Positions 19,650 to 29,095 of a stretch of DNA of 59,659 bases are shown in pieces. This stretch comes from Acidobacteriota bacterium (GTDB lineage: Bacteria; Acidobacteriota; Aminicenantia; UBA2199), in assembly GCA_018897435.1 (NCBI GenBank), contig JAHIKI010000047.1, positions 1-59,659 of the forward strand. Reading direction: 5' to 3'. The number at the start of each line of letters is the position of its first letter. Within the stretch, counting starts at the first letter, position 1. A program made the position numbers and the translations under genes. A model generated the notes under the pieces. It saw only the letters and a list, made by a program, of their open reading frames with translations. It was not told the origin of the DNA and ran no database searches.

Positions 19650-21460
19650 GGGTCATCGTCATCGGCGGCGGTCACGCCGGGATTGAAGCCGCATATGCCG
19701 CGGCCAAAATGGGGGCGGGCACCATTCTGCTGACCATGCACCTGGACACCATCGCCCAAATGTCATGCAATCCTTCCATCGGCGGCATTGCCAAGGGACA
19801 CCTGGTCAAGGAGATCGATGCTTTGGGCGGGATCATGCCCCGGGCCGCCGACGCCACGGGCATCCATTTTAAAGTGCTGAACCGCAGCAAGGGCCCGGCG
19901 GTGCGTGCTACGCGTACCCAGAACGACAAAATCGCCTACCGCGACTTTCTGAAACGTTTCCTGGAAAATGTCCCGAACCTGAGCCTATACCAGGCCATGG
20001 CCGACGAGATCGTGGTGAGTGACGGCAGGGCCTGCGGAGTCAGGCTGAGCGATGGGGAAGTCCTCGACGCCGACGCGGTGATCGTCTGTTCCGGGACCTT
20101 CCTGGCCGGGCGCATATTCATCGGCAACGTCTCTTACGCCGCCGGCCGGGCCAACGAGCCCCCTTCCCTACAGTTGGCGGAAAATATCCGCGACCTGGGT
20201 TTCGCAATCCTGCGCTTGAAAACCGGAACGCCCATGCGGCTGCACGCCGACAGCATCGACTGGAAGAATTTCGTTCCCCAGCCCGGCGATGAACCGCCGC
20301 TGCCCTTTTCCATGTATACCCGCGCCAAAGTGAAAAACCGGGTGTGCTGTTACCTGGGCCACACCACCCCGGCGGTCGGCCGGATCATCGGCGAAAACTT
20401 GCATTTGTCGCCTTTGTATTCCGGAAAAATCCAGGGCGTCGGTCCCCGCTATTGCCCTTCCATCGAAGACAAGATCGTCAAGTTCCCCGGCCGTGAAAGG
20501 CACCATTTTTACCTGGAGCCGGAAGGGCTGGACAACAAGGAAATTTACGTCAACGGCCTCTCTTCCAGCCTGCCGGTCGAAATTCAAAAGAAAATCCTGC
20601 AAGCCATCCCCGGTTTGGATCAGGCGCGGATGATGCGCCCGGCTTATGCCATCGAGTATGACGCCATTCAGCCCACTCAACTGAATGCCAGTCTGGAAAG
20701 CCGGCAGATCGGGAATTTATTTTTTGCCGGACAGGTCAACGGCACCTCAGGTTATGAGGAAGCCGCCGGCCTGGGGCTCATGGCCGGGATCAACGCCGTG
20801 CTCAAGGTCAGGGGCGAAGCACCGTTCATCCTGGACCGTCAGGAAGCCTATATCGGGGTCATGGTAGACGATATCGTGCACAGCGGCGTCGATGAGCCGT
20901 ACCGCTTGTTCACGGCGCGGGCTGAATACCGCCTGCAGCTACGGGAAGACAATGTGTTTGAGCGCCTGGGCGGACACGCCCTGCGGCTGGGCCTGGTTTC
21001 GCGGCGGGATCATGACCGGGAAATGCGCAAGCTGGATAAGCGCCAGCGTCTGATTAAGGGATTGTCCCGGAGCAGGACACTTATTGAAGGCAAGTCGGAA
21101 ACTCTATTCAAGATACTGCAAAGGCCCGGAATGGACTTTGCCGCCCTGGAAGTGCTGTATGGCCAGCCGCTGCTGAAAAACAAGACCCTGACCGATGTCT
21201 CCTACATCGAGGCTTGCGTCAAGTACGAGGGCTATATCGATATCCAGAAACGAGAAGTCGCCAAGATAAGAAAAATGGCCAAAACCGCTATTCCGGACGA
21301 TCTTGATTTTTTGGGTGTCGACGGCCTCTCCAGCGAAGTCAGGCAAAAACTGGCCAAGGTGCGACCGCGAACCCTGGGCGAAGCGGCGCGCATCCCCGGT
21401 GTGACCCCGGCCGCCATCAACGCCATCAGTATTCACTTGACTTTAAAATACAAGCAATAA
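19646..21460 (+). CDS. mnmG: tRNA uridine-5-carboxymethylaminomethyl modification enzyme (GidA)
   Basis: GGGHAGIEAA, MSCNPSIGG, GPRYCPSIEDK, AGQVNGTSGYEEAA. Confidence 0.97.
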   Translation: MRVIVIGGGHAGIEAAYAAAKMGAGTILLTMHLDTIAQMSCNPSIGGIAKGHLVKEIDALGGIMPRAADATGIHFKVLNRSKGPAVRATRTQNDKIAYRDFLKRFLENVPNLSLYQAMADEIVVSDGRACGVRLSDGEVLDADAVIVCSGTFLAGRIFIGNVSYAAGRANEPPSLQLAENIRDLGFAILRLKTGTPMRLHADSIDWKNFVPQPGDEPPLPFSMYTRAKVKNRVCCYLGHTTPAVGRIIGENLHLSPLYSGKIQGVGPRYCPSIEDKIVKFPGRERHHFYLEPEGLDNKEIYVNGLSSSLPVEIQKKILQAIPGLDQARMMRPAYAIEYDAIQPTQLNASLESRQIGNLFFAGQVNGTSGYEEAAGLGLMAGINAVLKVRGEAPFILDRQEAYIGVMVDDIVHSGVDEPYRLFTARAEYRLQLREDNVFERLGGHALRLGLVSRRDHDREMRKLDKRQRLIKGLSRSRTLIEGKSETLFKILQRPGMDFAALEVLYGQPLLKNKTLTDVSYIEACVKYEGYIDIQKREVAKIRKMAKTAIPDDLDFLGVDGLSSEVRQKLAKVRPRTLGEAARIPGVTPAAINAISIHLTLKYKQ

Positions 21461-21762
21461 TTGTGGTTTTTCCCCCCGCCGGCAATGGAAAAAGCTGCCA
21501 CTTCCTTTTGCCCCTCCAGGGACAGAAAAAATTATGAAAAATAGCTTTATTTTTAGTAAATTACACATTTCGCGGCCTTTTTTTATGAATTTCAAAAAAA
21601 ATGAACCTTCCATGCCAAAAAAAATTTTTCTTGCAATTTCAATATGTTCTCCTTAAAATCCAAATCATGGAAAAAATTGATTTTTCTTTCAATCAATTCC
21701 TTCGTGGCTAATGTAATGGGTGGCGGCAATGATGAACGCCGTATTCTGACCGGAGATCGTTT

Positions 21763-23451
21763 ATGAACGTTAAAACAACCTTGGGACCAATGGGAAAATC
21801 CAATCTCCGCTTCGTGGTAGCAATAATGGCGGCCCTGGCGGCCATTTCGGTGTTTGCCTGGTGGACTGCGAAGCGCGCAGACCTGCAGATGCGCAGCGAC
21901 CTGCTCCAGCAGGCCAACCTTGTGGCTCCTGCGGTCGACACAGAATACGTTGCGACGTTGAGCGGGACGGATGCGGACTTGGCCGCGCCCGGGTTTATGC
22001 GGCTCAGGGACCGGCTCGCCAGGGCCCGCAAAGTTAACCCGAAATGCCGCTTCCTGTATCTTCTCGGGCAAAAGCGGGACGGTACGGTGTTCTTTTCCCT
22101 TGACACCGAGCCCGCGGATTCCGAAGACTATTCCCCGCCCGGGCAGGCCTTTCCCGAGGCGTCGGAACTTTTGCTAAGCGTTTTTGTTTCCGGTTTGGCC
22201 GTGGTAGAGGGGCCTATATCGGACCGCTGGGGCGACTGGGTAAGTGCCTTGGTGCCGCTTCGCCATCCGGATACGGGAATGGTGGTTGCCGTACTGGGAA
22301 TGGACGTTGACGCTAATGCCTGGGGATGGGACGTGGCCGGCAGGTGCGCCCTGCCGGTGGGGCTCGCGTCCTTCGTCCTGTTTCTCGGCATATTTATAGT
22401 CGTGCTGAACCGGAACTTCAGTATTATCCGTGCCCAGGAACAGAGCATCAAGGAAAGCGAGAAGGACCGCCGGCGCATAATCGAGAACAGCACGAACCTG
22501 TTTTACTCGCACACTCCGGACCATGTTCTCACGTACCTGAGCCCGCAGGTCGAGATGCTACTGGGCTACACACAGGAAGAAGCACTGGTACGGTGGACGG
22601 AGCTGGCAACGGACAATCCCGTCAACGAAAGAGGACGCGAAATCACCCGGCACGCCATTGACACCGGGAAAGCACAGCTGCCCCATGAGCTCGAGTTGAG
22701 GCATAAAAATGGCAAGTCCGTATGGATGGAGGTCCGGGAAGGGCCGGTGGTTGAGGACGGGAAGACCATCGCCATCGTGGGTGCCTTAACCGACATCTCA
22801 GCACGGAAAATTGCCCAGGAAGCCCTGGCCTCGTCCCTGGAGGAAAAAGAGATGTTGCTTCGCGAGCTCCAGCACCGGGTGAAAAACAGCCTGGCCATCA
22901 TCACAGCGATCACCCAGCTTGAAGCGAATAATTCCGGCGATCCGGCTGTATGCAAGGCGCTCCAGTCGCTCGGAGGCCGCATTCGCACTCTATCCGAACT
23001 CTATACGCTGCTGTATAAATCGGAACAGATCAGGGATATTTCGTTAGAACGCTACTTCGAGTTGATCTGCGAATTCGTAATGGAAGCCCATACGGTCAGA
23101 GACGGAAGTATCGCCCTGAAACGGCGCATCATACCGATTGTCGTGGACGCCAAACACGCGTCGACCCTCGGCCTGATCCTGAACGAGCTTTTGACGAACG
23201 CGTTGAAACACGCGTTCCCAGGCGGCCGGCCGGGCACCATCACCGTGTCATTGACAAATGAAGGTGACGAAACCGTGCTTGAGGTCGAGAACGACGGCGA
23301 GAGGCTTCCCGAGGGATTCGAATTGGAGAGAACGCGCGGGCTGGGCCTGGAGCTGGCGAAGATACTGGCAATCCAGCTGGGCGGATCACTGACGTACCGG
23401 AGCGGGGAACGGACCGTGTTCACCGCCCGCGTAAGAAGTTTAGAGATTTAA
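21763..23451 (+). CDS. Membrane sensor kinase (2 TM, extracytoplasmic sensor, PAS, HisKA_2)
   Basis: Two hydrophobic helices; GPISDRWGDW sensor motif; PAS; ELQHRVKNSL; NELLTNALKHAF. Exact start uncertain. Confidence 0.85.
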   Translation: MNVKTTLGPMGKSNLRFVVAIMAALAAISVFAWWTAKRADLQMRSDLLQQANLVAPAVDTEYVATLSGTDADLAAPGFMRLRDRLARARKVNPKCRFLYLLGQKRDGTVFFSLDTEPADSEDYSPPGQAFPEASELLLSVFVSGLAVVEGPISDRWGDWVSALVPLRHPDTGMVVAVLGMDVDANAWGWDVAGRCALPVGLASFVLFLGIFIVVLNRNFSIIRAQEQSIKESEKDRRRIIENSTNLFYSHTPDHVLTYLSPQVEMLLGYTQEEALVRWTELATDNPVNERGREITRHAIDTGKAQLPHELELRHKNGKSVWMEVREGPVVEDGKTIAIVGALTDISARKIAQEALASSLEEKEMLLRELQHRVKNSLAIITAITQLEANNSGDPAVCKALQSLGGRIRTLSELYTLLYKSEQIRDISLERYFELICEFVMEAHTVRDGSIALKRRIIPIVVDAKHASTLGLILNELLTNALKHAFPGGRPGTITVSLTNEGDETVLEVENDGERLPEGFELERTRGLGLELAKILAIQLGGSLTYRSGERTVFTARVRSLEI

Positions 23452-23469
23452 TTCACTCCCGACTCCCAT

Positions 23470-24174
23470 TCATAGACTTGCGGATAAGCCGAACCAGATT
23501 TCCGTGTCCTTGTTGACTTCGTCCAGCAGCGGGATCATTACGTTGAGCGAGGGGGTCAGCGTCAGCCTGCCCACGGTCAGCGGCAGCTTGGCGTAGAGAT
23601 CGATGTCGGAGAACCCCGTCTTGTCGATATACTGCCTGCTGTTGAAGCCGATGAGCCCGCCCACCTCCACGTTCACCTTTTCGCTCACTTTCCATTCTTG
23701 GCTGCCGCCGAGGGTGATATAGAGGCCGCTGCCCAGATTCAAGTCGTAGTAAATTGAGAGCGTTGGTGACAAGGGCAGGTCGGTTTTGGCCACTGTGGTG
23801 TACGCCTCCTGGGATGTATGGTCCTTGAATTTGAAATCAGCCGCGAACCAGTAGCCGTAGTGAATGAAGCCGGCGCTCAATTCCCAGCCCTCCGCCATCT
23901 TGAAGGTGTACTCGAGGGTCAAGTCGATTTCGTCGGAGTACTTGTACACGCCGCGCTGCGCCAGGGCGAAACTGCTCCAGACGTTGAGCGAAAAACCGCT
24001 CTCGCCCAGGTCGACGGTGAACGATGGCTGGATGGCCGCGTGGTTGTCGGGCAACAAATCGAAGCCGCGCCAGATGTAGCGGCTGACCAAGTCGACCTGA
24101 GCGGAGACCGCTCCCGGCAGCGGCAGCACCGCGCCGACCAGGCACGCGAGCAGCAACAAAACAAATCTTTTCAT
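23470..24174 (-). CDS. TorF/Gcw_chp-like outer-membrane beta-barrel protein
   Basis: Signal peptide; VDLVSRYIWRG; AIQP; DEIDL; alternating C-terminal beta-strand WFGLSASL. Confidence 0.7.
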   Translation of the reverse strand: MKRFVLLLLACLVGAVLPLPGAVSAQVDLVSRYIWRGFDLLPDNHAAIQPSFTVDLGESGFSLNVWSSFALAQRGVYKYSDEIDLTLEYTFKMAEGWELSAGFIHYGYWFAADFKFKDHTSQEAYTTVAKTDLPLSPTLSIYYDLNLGSGLYITLGGSQEWKVSEKVNVEVGGLIGFNSRQYIDKTGFSDIDLYAKLPLTVGRLTLTPSLNVMIPLLDEVNKDTEIWFGLSASL

Positions 24175-24231
24175 GCACCCTCCTTGAGTCGCCTGGATGA
24201 TTTAGAAAAAACGTCCGCTAAATTTTACCAT

Positions 24232-24266
24232 AAAAGGAAAACGGGGCGAAAATCTCTCCCTGCCCC
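24232..24266 (-). terminator. Probable intrinsic terminator
   Basis: Minus strand GGGGCAGGGAGAGATTTTCGCCCC followed by GTTTTTCCTTTT. Confidence 0.45.
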
Positions 24267-24424
24267 CGAGAATCACATTTCGTAGGCCTGCTCGCCTCCC
24301 GGTCGAACCGGGTCTTCAGCCGCGCCCAGAGGATCATCGATCATATCCGCAGAGGCGATTACCAGGTCTGTGAACGGGTGGTTGATTTCCTGATCGCCGG
24401 ACTGCAAAAAAAACACTGCCGCTT

Positions 24425-24464
24425 GCTAACATTGCAAATAATGATCCATGAAATGCAAGCTTGG
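24425..24464 (+). repeat. Copy 1 of a ~40-bp dispersed repeat (copy 2 at 51034-51073)
   Basis: Exact 19-mer ACATTGCAAATAATGATCC at 24429-47 and 51038-56; 33/40 identity over the wider alignment. Confidence 0.8.
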
Positions 24465-24500
24465 GGGGAATTGATTTTCCCTTCAGTCTATCTTTTTTAT

Positions 24501-27410
24501 TTAAGTTTTATAAAATTTTGCAGCACATTCAGGGCATATGCCATGGCTAAATTCGGCATCTGAGTGTTCATGAATATACGATTCTATTTGCTTCCAATAC
24601 CCCTTATCATCTCTTATCTTTTTACAAGTGGCACAGATCGGTAATAGTCCGCTTAAAGTTTTTACTTTACTGAGCGCATTTTTAAGATCAACAATAAGTT
24701 TCTCTCGTTCTTCTTCTGCCAACTTTCTTTCTGTAATATCTTGTCCCTGTGCAATTGTAGCAACGATGGTTGTATTGTCTGGTGTATAAAGAGTAGCTGA
24801 GTTCCATAAAACGGTTCTAATCGCTCCGTTATTCTGAAGAATGGGAATCTCGACAGCTTCCCACCTTTCTCCTTCTACAGTTCGATTAATGTAACTCATT
24901 GCTTCCTCTCGCCTTTTGGCTGGAAATAAGATATCTAATTTAGCACCGATAATTTCGTTTGACTTTTTACCCGTCAAGCGTTCAAAAGCATGGTTGAAGC
25001 GAGTTATACGAAATTCAGGGTCCCAGACAATGATAGGAGCATTGGCATAATTAAGCAGGTTTTCCAAATAGTCGCGTGTTTCCCTGAGCGATTCTTCTGT
25101 TGTTTTGAGCTGTATGATACTTTCCTGAAGCCGTTGGGTACGGTCTTCCACAGTGCGTTCCAATACTTCCGCTCTTTTCAATAAATGAGCAGTCCGAATA
25201 TGATGACTGACATACAAAGCATAAATCAATAAACATAAAACGAGCGCTCCGAACCACCATGTTTTCCAAAAAGGCGGACGAATTGTAAACGATAATTTTG
25301 CTTCAGATTCCGACCAATAATGATCGCCGTTGCAGGCTCGTACTCTAAAAGTATAATGCCCGTCGTCTAAGTTAGTGTATCTTACCTCTCGTTTATCGGT
25401 AATATTCGACCAATCGTTATCATAACCGTCGAGCTGAAATTGATAACGGACATCATTTTCATCTTTAAAAGATAGACCGGCAAAATAAAATCCAAAATTA
25501 TTCTCGTTATGTTTGAATACTAATTCCTTCGCCGGTGTCATTAAAGAATCATTTACAAAATATTTAGTAATATATACTGTAGGAACAACTTGGTTGGGAA
25601 TATCGTTCTTCGGAATATACTTTGTTACACCCCTTGAAGTACAAAACCATATGTTATGATCATTATCGCTATACAGCGAATTGTGATTTGATGATTCATC
25701 GCCGATCAGTCCATTCTTTTTATTAAATATTTTTATTGTTTTCTCGCCATTAAAAACATTGAAACCTTTATCAGTTCCTAAATATAAATTACCGTTATAT
25801 TCAATAATTGAAGAGACATAATCGTTTGTCAATCCATCTTTCGTAGTAAAAGCTTTGAATTGTTTGCCATCATACCTATTCAAGCCCATATCTGTTCCAA
25901 GCCATAAAATACCTTTTTGGTCTTTGTAAACTGTCCGGACATGATTACTTGATAGTCCATCATCCTTGGTATAGTTTGTAAATTTGCCATTCATCAGGCA
26001 TGTCAGCCCTTCTTCTGTTGCAAACCAAATTTTATTACCGTCAGGTAAAATTTTGTGAATATAATTGCTTTTTAAGCCGTTGTTAGTCGTGTAGGTTGTA
26101 AATATTTTTCCATCATACTTAACGATACCCTGACGGGAAGCAATCCATAACGTGTCGCCTACCGTTTGTAGATCGAATAGAACATCAGTTACTAACCCGT
26201 CTTTTGAAGTATAATTGCGAAAAGTTTTTCCGTCAAAACGGCTCAAACCCATATAGGTAGCTAACCATAAGTCATTTTTATATACAGTCATCGCCCATAT
26301 TTGATTCGAGATTAACCCATCTTTATCTGTGTGTGCGGTAAGTTTGTTATTTTCTAATTTTATTAAACCGCTGACAGATGTTCCAAACCAAACAGCATTT
26401 TTATATTCACAAATCGATAAAACCAATTCATTTTCAAGAAAACTTAAAAATTTTGTTGAGAGTAATTTGCTGACTCCGTTATCGGTCGCAAACCAAATAG
26501 AGTTTTCCCTGTCGATAAATATAGAATAAATCCGATTATTGGCCAGACCATTTGCCGTTGTATAGTTGGCGATATCCTTATTAAGATGCCATACACCGTT
26601 ACCAAGAGTGCCAAACCAAAGATCGTTATTATGGGTACTACAGTAGAAATCTTGATCTGGAACGCGCGTTTCTTTATTGAAGCGTCCGTTCTGGTAACTG
26701 AACAGGCCGTCCCCGCGAGTACAAATCCAGATGGTTGAATGATCCTTTAACAGTTTGCCAATAGTTTTAGCGGAGAACCCGTCTCGATCTCCGAAGTTCT
26801 TAAATTTTTTTCCGTCAAAAACAGATAAACCGCCACCTCTCGTTCCAATCCAAAGAGATTTGCCATCCGCAAGTAGGGAGAAAACATTATTGTTCGGTAA
26901 GCCATCGTTGCTAGTAAAATTTACAAAATTTTTGCCATCGAAGCGAGACAATCCGCCTTCACTGGTTGCAAACCAAATATACCCTTGATGTTCAACGGCT
27001 GACCAAACAATTCCTTTGCCCAAGCCATCCTGAGCAGTATAAGCTGTAAACCGCTTTCCATCAAAACAATTTACTCCATTCTCGGTCGTTATCCATAATT
27101 TCCCTTTATATTCATTAATAGAGCGGACAATATTATTGCATAATCCATCTGCCACTGTATATATTTTAAAAAAATTGCCGTCATATTTCACCAAGCCGCC
27201 CGTAGTACCAAACCACATATATCCCGCACTATCCTGAAAAATAGACCATACTTGTGCGGTTGGTAATCCGTCATCGATAGTATAATTTCTAAAATGGAGT
27301 TTTTGAGCAATTAAACCATTAGATGCAATTAAAAATAAAATTATAAATAACAGGCTTCTAAAAAACCGATAAAAAGAAGATTTGTACGCGCTATTATTTA
27401 ATATTTTCAT
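24501..27410 (-). CDS. Periplasmic beta-propeller (Reg_prop repeats) + Y_Y_Y + TM + PAS + C-terminal Cys-rich domain sensor
   Basis: About 14 repeats of type YTxxDGL.N.V..I..D..G.LW.GT..GL; YQFQLDGYDNDW...YTNL..G.YTFRV; PPFWKTWW TM; PAS; ends LPICATCKKIRDDKGYW...FSHGICPEC. Confidence 0.88.
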   Translation of the reverse strand: MKILNNSAYKSSFYRFFRSLLFIILFLIASNGLIAQKLHFRNYTIDDGLPTAQVWSIFQDSAGYMWFGTTGGLVKYDGNFFKIYTVADGLCNNIVRSINEYKGKLWITTENGVNCFDGKRFTAYTAQDGLGKGIVWSAVEHQGYIWFATSEGGLSRFDGKNFVNFTSNDGLPNNNVFSLLADGKSLWIGTRGGGLSVFDGKKFKNFGDRDGFSAKTIGKLLKDHSTIWICTRGDGLFSYQNGRFNKETRVPDQDFYCSTHNNDLWFGTLGNGVWHLNKDIANYTTANGLANNRIYSIFIDRENSIWFATDNGVSKLLSTKFLSFLENELVLSICEYKNAVWFGTSVSGLIKLENNKLTAHTDKDGLISNQIWAMTVYKNDLWLATYMGLSRFDGKTFRNYTSKDGLVTDVLFDLQTVGDTLWIASRQGIVKYDGKIFTTYTTNNGLKSNYIHKILPDGNKIWFATEEGLTCLMNGKFTNYTKDDGLSSNHVRTVYKDQKGILWLGTDMGLNRYDGKQFKAFTTKDGLTNDYVSSIIEYNGNLYLGTDKGFNVFNGEKTIKIFNKKNGLIGDESSNHNSLYSDNDHNIWFCTSRGVTKYIPKNDIPNQVVPTVYITKYFVNDSLMTPAKELVFKHNENNFGFYFAGLSFKDENDVRYQFQLDGYDNDWSNITDKREVRYTNLDDGHYTFRVRACNGDHYWSESEAKLSFTIRPPFWKTWWFGALVLCLLIYALYVSHHIRTAHLLKRAEVLERTVEDRTQRLQESIIQLKTTEESLRETRDYLENLLNYANAPIIVWDPEFRITRFNHAFERLTGKKSNEIIGAKLDILFPAKRREEAMSYINRTVEGERWEAVEIPILQNNGAIRTVLWNSATLYTPDNTTIVATIAQGQDITERKLAEEEREKLIVDLKNALSKVKTLSGLLPICATCKKIRDDKGYWKQIESYIHEHSDAEFSHGICPECAAKFYKT

Positions 27411-27432
27411 ATCTTATCACCATATTGATACT

Positions 27433-27461
27433 ATACTAAAAAATAGTAAAATCTTTGTCAA
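27433..27461 (-). promoter_or_regulatory. sigma70 promoter for the propeller sensor gene
   Basis: Minus strand TTGACA(27461-56)-17 bp-TAGTAT(27438-33). Confidence 0.55.
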
Positions 27462-27621
27462 CAACATAATTCCTTTGCTGTTAGCGTTATTTAGCAATTT
27501 CCTCTTTGTATTTTTTAGAAATTTCCTATATTGAATGGAGAAACGGGACGGTCTTTATTAGTTTGTAAAAATGTCAGATAAATCTCTTCATTGTATTAGG
27601 CATCCCCACTTCCTCTCTTTG

Positions 27622-28893
27622 TCAGGGGATGATGCCGCGCTGACGTTGTTCCCGCCGTTTTTCGGAGCGGTCGACGATCAGGGCGGTGGCCGAGTCGCCC
27701 AGGACATTGAGCACGGTACGGCACATGTCGAGGATGCGTTCCACGCCGATGATCAGGCCGATGCCCTCGGCGGGAATATTGGCCGCTCCCAGGACCAGGG
27801 CCAGCGTGATGATGCCGATGCCGGGAATCCCGGCCGTGCCTATGGCGGCGAGAGTGGCGCTGAGAATGATGATCAACTGTTTTTGCAGGGGCAGCGAATA
27901 TCCGAACACCTGGGCGATAAATACGACGCTGACACCATGGTAGATGGAAGTGCCGCTCATATTGATGGTGGCTCCCAGGGGCAGGATGAAGGAGGTGATG
28001 TCACGATTGACGCCCAGCTTCTGCTCGCAGCTGATCATGTTTTCAGGCAGAACTGCATTGGAACTCGAAGTGGAAAAAGCCAGCAGGCCGACGGCGCTCA
28101 GGTTGCGGAAAAAATGGACGGGGTTGGTGCGGGCCAGAAACAAGACGGCCAGGCCGTAGTATCCGAACAGGAACGCCGCCATGACACCGATGGTCACCAG
28201 GGAATAGCGCAGGAGCGAAAGGAGAAAGTGGAAGCCGAACTGGGTCACAACCGAGGCGATCAGGGCGAAGACGGCAAACGGCGCCAGTTTCATCACCCCC
28301 TTGACCAAGGCGATAAGGGCATCATTGACCGCCTGCAGGAGTTCCAGCACTTTTTCCCTTTTTGAAGAGGCGATCAGGGAAAAAGCCAGGCCCAGAAGCA
28401 CGCTGAAGGTGATCACGGCCAGCATATCGCCCTGGGCCAGGGCGGCAAAGGGATTGGCGGGGATGAGATCGAGAAAAAAATCAGCGGCTTTTTTCTTTTT
28501 GCCGACACTGGAGTCGATTTGTTTCTGAAAATCCGCATTCGTCCGGATCTCGGCCATGAGGGCCTGTTTTTTTTCGGGATCCAGGTGCTGGCCGGGTTTG
28601 AAGATGTTGGCCGCCGTCATTCCCAATGAAACGGCGAAAATCGTACTGATCAGGAAAAAGGACACTCCTTTCAAGCCTACCCGGCCCAGTTTTTTCAGAT
28701 CAGCGAATCCGGCCGTGGCGGCCATGATGGAGACCATGATCAGCGGGATGGTGATCATTTTCAGCAATTTGATGAAAAGATCCCCCAACGGTTTGATATA
28801 GGCGGCGGCCTGCCCCAGTTTGAGCATCGCCAGCAGCGAACCGACGATCGCTCCGCCAAGCAGCCCGATAAAGATCTTTGTGTGCATTTTCAT
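27622..28893 (-). CDS. Dicarboxylate/amino acid:cation symporter (DAACS, GltP-like)
   Basis: AFSTSSS, PLGATINMSGT, DMCRTVLNVLGD. Confidence 0.92.
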   Translation of the reverse strand: MKMHTKIFIGLLGGAIVGSLLAMLKLGQAAAYIKPLGDLFIKLLKMITIPLIMVSIMAATAGFADLKKLGRVGLKGVSFFLISTIFAVSLGMTAANIFKPGQHLDPEKKQALMAEIRTNADFQKQIDSSVGKKKKAADFFLDLIPANPFAALAQGDMLAVITFSVLLGLAFSLIASSKREKVLELLQAVNDALIALVKGVMKLAPFAVFALIASVVTQFGFHFLLSLLRYSLVTIGVMAAFLFGYYGLAVLFLARTNPVHFFRNLSAVGLLAFSTSSSNAVLPENMISCEQKLGVNRDITSFILPLGATINMSGTSIYHGVSVVFIAQVFGYSLPLQKQLIIILSATLAAIGTAGIPGIGIITLALVLGAANIPAEGIGLIIGVERILDMCRTVLNVLGDSATALIVDRSEKRREQRQRGIIP

Positions 28894-29095
28894 GATTTTC
28901 CCCGGTCGGCAGGTTCTTGTTCTAGGCCATGGAACGATTTGACCATGGATAAAAATAGCAGAAAGCCCGGCGCCTGTAAATAGCGAATCTTTTGGGAATG
29001 GAATTGGCGGCGGTCGTCGGCCTGGTCATTTTGGCGAAGGCAAGGCTTGCTGCCTTAAGTATGATTTTTCGCTTTTCTTTGCTACAATAATTGTC

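Noticed and set aside
21461-21760. AT-rich gap after mnmG as a possible oriC
   Set aside because: No cluster of TTATCCACA-like DnaA boxes and no dnaA nearby; more likely a terminator and promoter region.
25560-27300. Repetitive AT-rich DNA as a CRISPR array or tandem repeat
   Set aside because: The periodicity comes from degenerate protein propeller repeats; there are no identical DNA repeats with spacers.
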